Shown piece by piece: positions 14,757 through 29,620 of a stretch of 64,000 nucleotides of DNA (positions are counted from its first letter, which is position 1; every line of letters starts with the position of its first letter). Origin of the DNA: the human T2T-CHM13v2.0 reference genome, Homo sapiens. The stretch lies in assembly GCF_009914755.1 (NCBI RefSeq), contig NC_060937.1. One strand, 5' to 3'. Under the pieces are notes generated by a model. That model did not search any database. It was not told the origin of the DNA and saw only the letters and a list, made by a program, of their open reading frames with translations. The position numbers and the translations under genes were made by a program.

Positions 14757-15160
14757 AAGAATAAAAAGGAATGAGATCATGTCCTTTGCAGGGACATGGA
14801 TGAAGCTGGAAGCCATCATCCTTGGCAAACTAACACAGGAACAGAAAACCAAACACCGCATGTTCTCACTCATAAGTGGGAGTTGAACAAAGAGAACACA
14901 TGGACACAGAGAGGGGAATAACACACACTGGGACCTGTTGTGGCCGGGGCAGGGAGGGGGCGCGATGGGAGGGAGAGCATCATGACAAATAGTTAATGCA
15001 TGCGGGGCTTAAAACCTAGGTGACAGGTTGATAGGTGCAGCAAACCACCATGGCACACGTATACCTATGTAACAAACCTGCACATTCTCAACATGTAACC
15101 TGGAACTAAAAGTAAAATAAAATAAATAAATAGGTCCTTATGACCTAGAAAAAAAAAAGA
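14757..15160 (+). mobile_element. 5'-truncated L1PA 3' end
   Basis: KRNEIMSFAGTWMKLEAIIL..., 3'UTR and A-tail; short TSD aagaata. Confidence 0.9.
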
Positions 15161-15620
15161 ATAGACCTTAAGGCACTTTGAAGCTTTTAGTTCCCTTTAA
15201 TCATAAAAGCCACTTATTAACTAAAACTAGAGATAGCTCAAGCTATCTGATTTTAAAGGCTTAGTCTCAATGTGTCCCTTCCCTGAAATCCCAGTAGAGT
15301 AGCCAATTGTCCTGAAACCCGCTTGGATTTAGCAATGAAACACCTCAGTCCTGGCCAAACCAAGACAGTGGGTCTCAGGAAACATTCTTCATCCTAATAA
15401 AAGGCAAATTAAGTACAGTTGACCCTTGAACAACATGGGGGTTATGGGTGCTGACTTCCCATGCAGTAAAAAATCTGGGTATAACTTTCGATTCCACAAA
15501 AACTTTGCTAATAGCCTTAACTGTTAACTGGAAGCCTTACCAATAACACATACAGTTGATTAACACATATATTGTATGTATTATATTACAATAAATTAAG
15601 CTAGAGAAAAGAAAATGTAT

Positions 15621-16760
<1,140 letters not shown>

Positions 16761-16762
16761 AA

Positions 16763-16880
16763 TATGTGTGTGCCTGTGTGTGTGTGTGTATGTGTACACA
16801 CATATATACATGCATACACATATATGCATATATTCACACACATATATAAATACATACACATATACACATACACACATATA
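16763..16880. repeat. (TG)n/(TACA)n compound microsatellite at the pseudogene 3' end
   Basis: Directly visible; occupies the position expected for the polyA tail. Confidence 0.9.
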
Positions 16881-17055
16881 GTATTCATTAAGTAGAAGTG
16901 GATCACCACAAAGGTCTTCATCCTCGTCATCTTTACATTGAGTAGGCTGAAAAGTAGGAGGAAGAGGAGGGTTGGTCTTGCTGTGTCAGGGGTGGCAGAG
17001 GCAGAAGGGGTGAAGGAGGTAGAAGGGGAGGCAGGAGAGGCAGGGACGTTACATG

Positions 17056-17412
17056 TGTATTAGTCCGTTTTCACGCTAATAAAGACATAACTGAGACTGG
17101 GTAATTTATAAAGAGGAAGAGGTTTAACTGACTCACAGTGCCACATGGCTGGGGAGGCCTCACAATTATGGTGGAGGGCAAAGGAGGAGCAAGGGCGTGT
17201 CTTACATGGCAATAGGCAAGAGAGAGCTTATGCAGGGGAACTCCCACTTATAAAACCATCAGATCTCGTGAGACTTATTCACTACCACGAGATCAGTATG
17301 GAGAAAACCGCTCCCATGATTCAATTATCTCCCATAGCGTCCCTCCCATGACACATAGGGATTATTACAATTCAAGGTGAGATTTGCATGGTGACATGGC
17401 CACACTATATCA
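17056..17412 (-). mobile_element. THE1-family solo LTR (ERVL-MaLR) inside Tigger2
   Basis: TGTATTAGTCCGTTTTCAC...TATATCA; 5-bp TSD acatg/ccatg. Confidence 0.9.
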
Positions 17413-17511
17413 CCATGTAACTTTATGGAAATACATTGTTAATTCCGTCTGATTATTTTTTGGTTTTGCTTTTTAATTTATCTAAATGTTTCTATATGGT
17501 ACTAATCCTTC

Positions 17512-18042
17512 TACAACTAGGCCCCTTTAGATTTCAGTACCCCTGTATTTTTAGTGACTGAAATCATGAAAATTCTGGTCAGGTCCTGTCTTGTCTTGCT
17601 TGCACATGTTAACCACTCCCTCTTTGACCAATATCCCTTTTTCCCCACAATACAATTATAAACTGCTGATGTACTATTTCTTTGTCAAGCAGAGGGAAAT
17701 AACTTCAGGGTCACAAAACATTTTTGTAGAAGAAATGAATGCCTTTAAGAATGTTTCAACCAGCTGCTGACACCCAGAAATCTGGCTGCTCAAGGTGTTA
17801 TCTGAGACTGAAGACAGACTTTTCCCCTGGGTTCCCTGAAACTCCCCCTCCCTTACTCTCCAGCTGCATAAAAACTCTCTGCTTCATCTTTTTGTTAAGA
17901 TAGATTTGAGAGAGCTTGTTCTCCTGGCTTCTCACTTTAGCCAAATTGAAAAAACCTTTCTCTATCTCCAAGCACCGATGTCCCATTGTTTGGCTCCAGC
18001 TGCACATTGGGCACACGAGCCTGAATTTGGGATTCTACAACA
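17512..18042 (+). mobile_element. ERV1-class solo LTR inside Tigger2
   Basis: Interrupts the Tigger sequence with a 4-bp TSD cttc; LTR-like CATAAAA box and ...CTACAACA end; subfamily not identified. Confidence 0.65.
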
Positions 18043-19390
18043 CTTCCAATGTTTGCTTTAGTTTCAATGCTCATGTTATAGAAGAGTTCATGCCATAAAA
18101 TAAGTCAAAAGCAGTCTTGACTAATTGGAAGGCTTCTGCCAGGTTGTCTAATGTCAATTTGTTTTCTGGCCCTGCTTCTTTTGACCTCTATTCTTTATTG
18201 TCTGGTGCTAATTCAGAAGCACTCATCTCCATCAAGTCATCTCCTATTAATTCCTTTCATGTGACGTCTGCTAGTTCTTGGAGTTCTCTAAGATCTATAT
18301 CTTGAAACCCTTTATTCCTACCCTTTTTGCCATAGCCACAATCTCTTTTATTATTACCTTGACTGTCTCTGTCATAAATCCTATGAAGTCATGTGCAACA
18401 TCTGGGCACAGTTTTTTCCAAATGGAATTTATTATTTCAGGCTTAATGACCCAGGATTCTTTTTATCCCAATAATAGCATCTTTAATGGCAGGTAAGCCT
18501 TTCAGACTTTCATAATGTTCTCTCTCTCAGATACTCTTCCATAGAGACAATCCTTTCCATAGAGTACAGTGTGTAACGAGCCTTAAAGGTCTTTATGACC
18601 CCTGAGCTAGAGGGTGAATTAGAGACACTGTGTTTGGGGGCAAGTAGACACCTTTGACACCTTCCATGTTGAACTCATGGGGTTCTTAGTGGCCAGGGAC
18701 ATTGTCAAATATCAAAAGTACTTTTAAGTTCAGTCACTTACTAGCAAGGTGCTTCCTGACTTCAGGGACAAACCATCAAAGGGACCAATCCAGAAAAAGG
18801 GTTCTCATTGTCCAGGCCTTCTTGTTGTACAACCAAAAGACTGGCAGCTGGTGTTTAACTTTTCCCTTCAAGACTCAAGGGTTAACAGTATTATAGTTAA
18901 GGGCAATCCTAATCATAAACCTAACTGCATTTGTATAAAATGGTAGAGTCAGCCTATTCCTTCCTGCCTTCAGTCGTGTTGTTCGCTTGTCTTTCTTACT
19001 AATAAATGCCCTTTGTGGCATTTTTTTTCCAGAATAAAGCACTTTGATCTGCATTTTAAAAACCTCTTCTTGAAGATATCCATTCTCCTCAATGATTTTC
19101 TTAATGGCATCTGGAAACTTATCTGCTGCCTCTTCATTGGCAGAAGCTGCTTCTCCTGTTATCTTGACATTTTTTAAGCCAAATCTCTTTGTAAAATTAT
19201 CAAACCATCCTTTGCTGACACTAAATTCTCTAGCATTAGACCCTTCACCTTCATTTTGTTTTTAAGTTGTTATATAATGACTTTGCTTTTTTTGAATGAT
19301 ATTAGTATATAGGTATGCCTTTTTTATAGCAATCCCGCATCCACATAAAAAGCTGCATTTTCAATGTGAGATAAAAAGGTATTTCACCAA

Positions 19391-19689
19391 CACAGGAACA
19401 GAAAACCAAACACTGCATGTTCTCACTCATAAGTGGGAGTTGAACAATGAGAACACATGGACACAGGGAGGGGAACATCACACACCAGGGCCTGTTGGGG
19501 GGCCGGGGGCAAGGGGCAGGGAGAGCCATTAGGCAAATACCTAATGCATGTGGGGCTTAAAACCTAGATGACAGTTTGATAGGTGTAGCAAACCACCATG
19601 GCACATGTATACCTATGTAACAAAACTGCACGTTCTGCACATGTATCCCAGAACTTAAAGTAAAATTTAAAAAAACAAAAATAATTTTA
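19391..19689 (+). mobile_element. 5'-truncated L1PA 3' end inside Tigger2
   Basis: L1 ORF2 end, 3'UTR and A-tail; 18-bp TSD aaaaaggtatttcaccaa. Confidence 0.93.
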
Positions 19690-21122
19690 AAAAAGGTATT
19701 TCACCAAAAGTGCAAGATTTCTGCACCCACTGGCATAGCTGCAGCAATGGCTTTACAACATTCCTTTTCTTTTTTTACAATGATCCTTATGCTGGATTCA
19801 TTTATCTTGAAATGGAGGGCAACCACAGCTGCAGATCATGATCTACAGTACATATTATCAAACAATCCAACGTTTTCTTGTAATGTCATGACTTTTCTCT
19901 GCTTCTTGGGAGCATTTCCAGCATCACTAATGGCATTTTGAATGGGTCTCATGATGTTATCCACGGTTGATGGTATTGCACTAAACACGACAAGAAATAC
20001 ATGAGAACTGTGAGAAATCACTTTTTACCGTAACACCCAATTTACTGGAGAGATGAATTGCTCTTGTGAAGATGATTTTATGCAGTTATAATTATGATTT
20101 AATACTCATTCTTTATGTCTACATTTCTTTCAACTTCAAATGGCATAATGTGCGGTCTGCGTGTGTGCATAAGTTTTGATAAATTTTAACTTTCTTTAAT
20201 AGATTTGTGTATATTTTGTTGCAGTAAATGATAGACTAGTATCAACATACATTTTATGCATGCATGACATGCCTAGCTTTTCCTTAATTTTTTTCAATAT
20301 TTCTAGTCTACAGGGTTTATTTGTGAGTCTTTTCAAGTTGCCATAAAACTTCAAAAAAATTCCAATATATTTATTGAAAAAAATTCACATATAAGTGGCC
20401 TTGCTCAGTTCAAACTCATGTTGTTCAAGGGTCAACTGTAAATCTTTGAAAGTTTTTCTCTTTATCCTTCTACAAGCAACATTTGGGAAAAATAAGCTAA
20501 TAATAATTTCTTTAAGAGATAGGTTGCATAGAATGTCTATAACTGAAATATACATGAATAAATAAGTACATATGGATATACACTCACTCATAAGCTTCCG
20601 TGAGCTTCAGTTTCCTTATCTGTAAAATACAACCAACCATAGAACCAAAAGGTTTCAGTAAAGATTCAATGAGATTGTGCACAGTGTAAATAAAGCACTT
20701 AGCTTAGTTTCAGACACACAGTAAGCACTCAAAATTGTTATTTCTTATTAAGTTTCATACTTTTGTAGCACTTAGATTTTATATTTCAGTAATATTAAAT
20801 GAAGCCATTTTCACATTTTTGGTTTGAAGTAGCAGCTTTTTTGATATTGCTTGAAGATTCTCACACACAATATCTCAGAAACTGTTGATGGATGCAAATT
20901 ATTTTCTCTCACTATATGTGGACATTGATCATTCATCCTTTGACTTTCAAAATCCACACATTCTTATCAAGAATCAGGAAAAGTGACAATGCTTTCTTGA
21001 AAAATGTTATATTCTTCACAAATGTTTTAAAACTTTTTTAAAAAAACAAGCTTGATACATTTTATCTTGTCTGCTTGTCCTTTTTCCAAAATGTAAAGGT
21101 AATAGTGAAAATAGCCTTCCCA

Positions 21123-21468
<346 letters not shown>

Positions 21469-21889
21469 TTACCGTCAGTGACCCAGAACAAACAGCTTTC
21501 ATTTCTGATTTGCAAAGTATTCCTTTAAATTGAGTATATGTTTTATGTGAATCTATAGTTTTACTGATAAAAAAGGAGCCAAAACTATTTTTTAAAGTTC
21601 TTTTTTTCTTCCGGAATTAGCTGCATTGAGCATGTGCATATTAACAGTCTTTTAAATTGTTATTAATATGAAGACATTACCCTTCCTCTGTCGGAAGGAC
21701 ATAACGCTGAGCCATTTGGAGTGAGTTCTGACAGATTTGCCCCAAATCACCCATATCATCTTCTTACATCTTTTTTGTGGCCAGAATATAGTTTAATGCT
21801 ACAACTATTTCAGATATTGCTGTCAAATAAGGTTTTCCTTTGTTTGACATTGAAAGTCCTGAATGGGATCAAGACAGGTGACCCAAACC

Positions 21890-22258
21890 TGTGCTTCTCA
21901 AATTTGAATGTGCATATAAATTACATTTTCAGAAACTTGTTAAACATGGATTCTGATTCTGTAGGGGCTGATTAGGGCTGTGGCCCAGGATTCTGCATAT
22001 CTAGCAAGTTCCCAGGTGATGCCGACACTGCTAGTCTGGACCACATTTCAGCAGCACAGATCTAAAGCGATGGTTCTCAGCGTGTCGTCTTGGGACCAGC
22101 AGCCCAGGCATCACCTGGAAACTTATCCAAAAATGCAAATTCTCAGGGCACACCCCTGACATTCTGAATGAGAAACTTTGGGTTAAGGCCCAGTAATCTG
22201 TGTTTGCACTAGACAGCCTGAGGATTCAGATGCACAAAATGTTTGAGAACCACTGCTC
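21890..22258. mobile_element. Two adjacent MER5A-like hAT elements
   Basis: gattctgattctgtagg...caagttcccaggtgatgcc; tggttctcag...tttgagaaccactg. Confidence 0.7.
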
Positions 22259-23339
22259 TGAAAAATTAACACCCTGCTCTAAAGTAAATTTCCTGCCAAC
22301 ATGGACCGATTTTATTGTTTACTATTAAGACAGAAATCAAGGCTCTCTTGGGTCTGAGACATCCAGGACAGTCTGGCCATGGCTAAGTTAACTGCAGGAA
22401 AGGAGCACTTAACAAATCTGCCCACACTGGTGAGTGGGCCCTGGAAAAGCAGACCCTGCCACCAGCTCTGGCTGAAATTTCATCAGGCAGGAGCATTCCC
22501 TACATCTGAGCATATGGATGTCATTGAAACCAGCAGTCAGCAGGAGGGAAGTCTGACAGGGGTTAGTAGAGCAGTGCTGGATTGCCCAACACAGAGATAG
22601 GCATGTGCTTAAGGTACCCACTAAACAGGGACACTAAAATAATGAGAAAAAAATTTGTGAAGAATATAACATTTTTCAAGAAAACATGAAAATAGATATC
22701 ATGTTGAAAATCACATTATTCGGGTTCTTCATATTAATGTTATTGGTTAGTATGACTTGGTGTAATCTCTAGAGCCAGACTGCCTGTCTCTAAGTCCTGG
22801 CTCTACCATGTAACAGCTAGATAACTTTGGAATTTACTCATCTTGCATTGCCTCAGTTTTATCATCTATAAAATGGGGATAATGGATTTTTTGTTAGAAT
22901 TAAATATTACATCAGATTTGCAAAGCTCTTAGAATAATGCCTTCTATATAGTAAGTGCTTAATAAATATTTTTATTACAAGTGTGGGGAAAGAAAATAAG
23001 GGTTCCATATTTCTTTCAGTGCTTAGGGTTTTGAAAGAATTAACTGAACAAATTAACCAATAAACCAAAGAAGTTTAACACAACTTGTGAGAGATTAGAC
23101 AAAAGTCAGAAATGCAAGCAGATAAGAGGAGCCATCTGAAGAGATCTATGGGTCCTAGAGAAAGACCAAGCAAGAGTAGGATAGAACTAGGGAAAGGGCA
23201 GGACTCTGCCCAAAGTCAGGTACGTATCAGAAAAAAGGAACACACCTTAAATCTCTGGGGTACACATTAGGAGATGTGTGTGTGCTGGCCACCCACAAGG
23301 ATGTATCATCATCAGTAACTCTCAGAACTTAAGGCCGCA

Positions 23340-23505
23340 CCACTGGCTCTCACCTTAGCTGCAAATGGAATCACCTGGGGAGCTTTCTAAAATACCGGTA
23401 CCTGGGTTCTACCCCCAGAGTCTGTTTCATTGGTCTGGGGCATTACCTAGGCATCAGAGTTCCAAAATCTCCTCAAAGTGAGTTTATTAGTGTCCAGGGT
23501 TGAGT
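23340..23505. mobile_element. MER5A-like element
   Basis: gaatcacctggggagcttt...ccccagagtctgtttcattggtctgggg. Confidence 0.65.
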
Positions 23506-23627
23506 GTCTTGCATCTTTTAAGTTTGTCAGCATTGATCCTGGAAGTTGTGATGGGCCCAACTGCAGGTAAATGAGAAACTCAAGGATAGGAAAACACAGT
23601 CCGTGCTTATTCATCATCTCCACATTC

Positions 23628-23937
23628 TTTTTTTTTTTTTTTTTTTTTTTTGGAAATGGAGTCCCACTCTATCGCCCAAGCTGAAGTACAGTGGCACGAT
23701 CTCAGCTCACTACAACTTCTGCCTCTTGGGTTCAAGTGATTCTCCTGCCTCAGCCTCCCAAGTAGGTGGGATTACAGGTGTGCACCACCACACCTGGCTA
23801 ATGGATTTTATTTTTTTGGTGGAAACAGGGTTTTACCATGTTGCCCAGGCTGGTCTAGAGCTCCTAACCTCAAGTGATCTTCCCACCTCGGCCTCCTAGA
23901 GTGCTGGGATTACAGGCATGAGCCATCGTGCCTGGCC
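23628..23937 (-). mobile_element. Alu
   Basis: Antisense dimeric Alu. Confidence 0.95.
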
Positions 23938-24785
23938 CAGGTTCTTTATTCTTCATATTTATGCTCTAGACTTAGTTCCTTCCAAGCTGTTGCTAGTACA
24001 TAGGGTGCCTTTGTGCAATTCAGAAGCACATTTTCCTTCTTCAGGATGCTTTGTCAAGAACTGAGAACGGTCTGAGATGTTGCCCTACGTGCAAGCTAAC
24101 GGGTAAGCCTATCGCAGTTTCATGGATGGTGGCAGAAGACTTGAGACTTCTTGCTTTTGGACTTGTTTTATTTTTTTAATCATCTCATTCCTCAGATGAT
24201 TTCCTATTCATACTTCAACTTTTTACTAATTATTTACCCGAAGATTTTGATACTTTAAGACATGATCAACTCCATATACTACTGGGCCTAATCCTCGTTA
24301 TTGGCACATTGAAGCAACATAAGCCACCTCAGAACTGAGAAATACAGATTAAACTAGCCAAATCCATGACAATGACTGAGTTGTGTACAAATGACCCATA
24401 CCAAGTATTAGATGAAACAAGAGACTTCCAAGAATTGGCATGGCCTCAGGGAGACACAATGTGCCACTATGTCTGAAGATGTGCCATAACTGTTAAGCTG
24501 CCATCTTACCAGTTACAAGAACTCAAGTTTAATCTCTTGCAAGAACTATACTGAAAAGATGGCCTAACAACTATGTGCTGTCACGTGTCTGAGTGTTGCA
24601 ACAACAGGTGAATGATTAGTATGGAATTTTAAAAGGGGAACAAAGACAAAGAAGGAACAGAAGCTAACTAGCATAAACTGGGGAGAATTTGTATCTGGCA
24701 AATACCAACAGAGAAGTATCTGCTATGTTGGGGCAGGGACTTCCAACTGGCTTTCCCAAGGCCTTGGTAAATGTCCCTCCAATCC

Positions 24786-25248
24786 TGTGACGGTTAATTT
24801 TATGTATCAACTTGACTGAGCTAAGGGATGCCCAGATAGCTGGTAAAACATTATTTCTGAGTGTGTTTGTGGGGGTGTTTCTAGAAGAGATGAGCATTTG
24901 AATCAGTAGACTGAGCAAAGAAGATCCGCCCTCACCAATGTGGGAGGGCATCATCCAAGCCATTGAGGGCCTAAATAGAACAAAATGTCAAAGGAAGAGC
25001 AAATTTGCTCTCTTCCTTCTTGAGCTGGCACTTGCATCTTCTCCTGCCCTAGGATGTTGGAGCTTCTGCTTTTCAGGCCTTCAGACTTGGACTGAATTAC
25101 ACCATCTTTTAGTTCTCCAACTTACATATGGCAGATTGTGGGACTTCTTGGCCTCCATAATCATGTGAGCCAATCCCCATAATAAATCTCTTATATGTTT
25201 ACATATATCCTATTAGTTCTATTTCTCTGGAGAACCATGACTAATACA
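24786..25248 (+). mobile_element. MLT2 (ERVL) solo LTR
   Basis: TGTGACGGTTAATTTTATGTATCAACTTGAC...CTCTGGAGAACCATGACTAATACA. Confidence 0.88.
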
Positions 25249-25889
25249 CCCTCCCACTGCTTCATTCCAGTTCCACATTTGGCAAGCAACATTCCATGAC
25301 TCATCTGGCTTCCCAGCCATGTTGCTATAGGGAAGGACCCCAGATAATGAAAGAAACTAGCCTTGCAATATAAAGGAACTAAAATGATACGTTGGCATTC
25401 TGATCTATGCATCAGACTCTCACCAGTTTGTTAGTGAGACTGTCATTTCCCCGGTGGCAGATTGCCTGTAAATCCTCAGTACTAAAGCTGGATCCAGCCA
25501 TGGACATGCAGCTGACGACATGAAGGCATTTTCCCAAGAAGGCCACCTGGCCTCTCTAAACTCCCCCTCATTACTCCCTGATAGCAACTGGTCCCACCCC
25601 AGGTTTCATCCTATCCTAAGGTGAGTGCCTGAGCTGAAACTGGTCCCTAAAATTCCAGAAGTCTTTGGAGACAGGGCAATTCTAAACCCTTCAGGGAAGT
25701 CCCTGTTGTCCAATTTAGGACATGCAAGCAGAATGTCACTCTCAAGACTGAAATATTACTTCTCAACTGTTTAAAGACCAGAATGGGATGAGGACTTGGA
25801 ACTGCCATATGCACCCAGGATCCATATTTATTCATTCAGCACCCAGAATGTGGTAGATAATAGATACTATAGATACAGAGGAAAATGAG

Positions 25890-27779
25890 ATGGAACATTA
25901 ACCATGGGCTGATATTGTCACAGGACTAGTTATCAGCTTTGCAGGGCTTGAGTCAATCAGTGGACCCAAAGTTGACCAGGATCTTGGGGACTAACTCTCA
26001 CTAACCCAAGTTACATGAGAATGAAGAGTCAAGCAGAATTCCAATTTGTTAATTTATATTGATCAGAATTTTATCATTTCTAGTGTCTATAAGGAGTCTG
26101 CTATTAGACCGTTCTCTGTATCAAGGTGCCTGGAAAGGCAAGTTATCAATGTTCACTCGGTTAGTTAAAGGAAGAATGGATGCTGAGGGCCACCTCACAC
26201 ACAACACGGGAATGCCTAACTTTGATGGGTGCCTCCATGTTGAAAAACTACTATCTTTATAGCAATCCTGTCACCATGATATGAAATTTGTTTTTCTCTA
26301 GAAAATTAGCTAATACAGATGGTCACCCTAATTATCAAGTAAAGTTAGAATGAGCTGTGTGACAAATGGTGCTGTCATGTCTTCTTGAGAACTAGTTATT
26401 GTTTATCTTGACAACATGCAGGTAGTGGGTTGTATCTGCTTGGTTATATAAAAGGATGAGACTTCTGTCTTTGCCATCTCATAGAGGATTGCCTGTGATG
26501 TGCATTACATTCTGGTTTAACGCTTATTGAATAATAAATGTGTTTTCTTTCTCTGCTTTCTCAATAGAGAGGATTTCTGGGCTGGGAGGAGATTTTGTTT
26601 TTAACTGTATTTCCCTACCATCTTATTCTTCCACATGCACAGTCCTTAGCAGTGTTTCTCATGTATAAAAGATTTTCTGTTGATTTCTACCATTCCTTTT
26701 CCTATTTTCACACATCTAAGAGCAAGAAGGATTTTTTTTTTTTTTTTTAGTTTGTGGGGAAAAAGGTAATACTAATTCAAAATATAAAGCCATAGTCAGA
26801 AAGTTTGAAAATCTTTGCAAACTAGATTTTATTAATAATGTTAAACGGTGAGGGTGGGGAAATATGTTCTTAGTGGATACCAAGGGGTAAAAAAGAAGGG
26901 AAGGAGGAAGGGAGCTACATGAAGTAGGAATTCTGGAAGGCAGAACCCAAGTAGTCATACGGAAGGTACCAAGCCTTCGAAACATCACAAGAGGCTACAT
27001 TAATTCTAACTCTTTTCCTAAAATTTGGAGGAAGTATTAAGATGTTGAAATGCATAGCTAATTTGCATACTTTGAATGAGTCATGACAAATATTTCAACT
27101 GACAAGAATTTTTCACATTGAAACATGATGATAGTGAGCTTTTTGTATTAGCTGTCATCCCTATAATATTCAGAGACGGTGTTATTTTGTGTAATTCACT
27201 TGGAGGGTACAGATCTCACTTACCCACTCACAAAACAAGGGTAATGTGTTGGGGTATAAATTTAAAATCCAGGAATGTGTGATTGCATTGTGCTGTAAGT
27301 TCATGCTATGTTTTCACAAAGGCTAAAAGGTTAGCAAAATAAAGATAATTTATGAGAAGCAAAATAAGAAATTGGAAAAGTACATATAGCAGAGAATCTT
27401 GTGGACCCATATGTTTTGGGCACCAGGGAGATAGACGATATCATGGCTTCTCAGTGATCTGTGTGAGGGAGCCCTCAGCACTCATTCTTTCCCTACTAAC
27501 CAAGTGAGCATTGTTAACTTGCCTTCCCAGGCACCTTGATATAGAGAAGGGCCTCAAGAACACACTCCTGTACATATTAGAAATGATAAAATTCTGATCA
27601 ATGTAAATTAATAAATTGGAATTCTGATTGATTCTTCATTCTCATGTGACTTGGATTACTAGAGTCAGTCCCCAAGATTCTAGTCAACTTTGGGATTGAA
27701 TCAATCCCTGCAAAGCTGATAACTAGTCCTGTGAATATGTGGTCACTCGCCAAGATAAGCCCATGGGTAATGTTTCCAT
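25890..27779. repeat. Long diverged inverted repeat; arms ~25890-26097 and ~27564-27779
   Basis: For example cacaggactagttatcagctttgcaggg vs ccctgcaaagctgataactagtcctgtg, and ttgatcagaattttatcatttcta vs tagaaatgataaaattctgatcaa. Confidence 0.92.
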
Positions 27780-27914
27780 GGAGTCCAGACTCAGCAATCA
27801 GCTGATGGCTCTTTGTGATTCTCTCTCTCTCCTGCCCCTTCTCTCTCTCCCTTCCTTACTCCCTCTCCTCTAATTTCACAAAGCCATTTTTAGAATTCTC
27901 ATTTATCACCCAGG

Positions 27915-28784
<870 letters not shown>

Positions 28785-28906
28785 ACCATAAAAATACAAA
28801 TGGAGAAGGGGATAAAATCACCAAGATAGCAACAAAATATCTTGCTTAATGATCTATGATTTACTAAATGGGACAGTCAAAGCCACATGAAAAAATATGA
28901 AAAGCA

Positions 28907-29281
<375 letters not shown>

Positions 29282-29455
29282 TCATCATAACTGAAGAGCC
29301 AAGCCCAATAATGCGTGGCATGCCACCGTCCCCTCTGAAAACGAAGTGACCACGGAAGTCCCACGAGACTCCAGCAGCCCTGACCACAGCCGATTGGACC
29401 CACAGCAGACACGGAATATTCTAACGTTTAGTGTAATCCAAAATGAGATGACAGA

Positions 29456-29620
29456 GGCAGGGTGAGAGGCTCACACCTATAATCCCAGCTACTTGGGAGG
29501 CTGACGTGGTAGGATCACTTAAGCCCAGGAGTTTGGAGTTACAGCGAGCTATGACTGTGCCACTGCACTCCAGCCTGGGAGAAAAAGACTCTGTCTCAAA
29601 AATAAATTAATTAATTAAAA
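29456..29620 (+). mobile_element. Alu monomer (FRAM-like)
   Basis: Single arm with A-rich tail. Confidence 0.85.
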
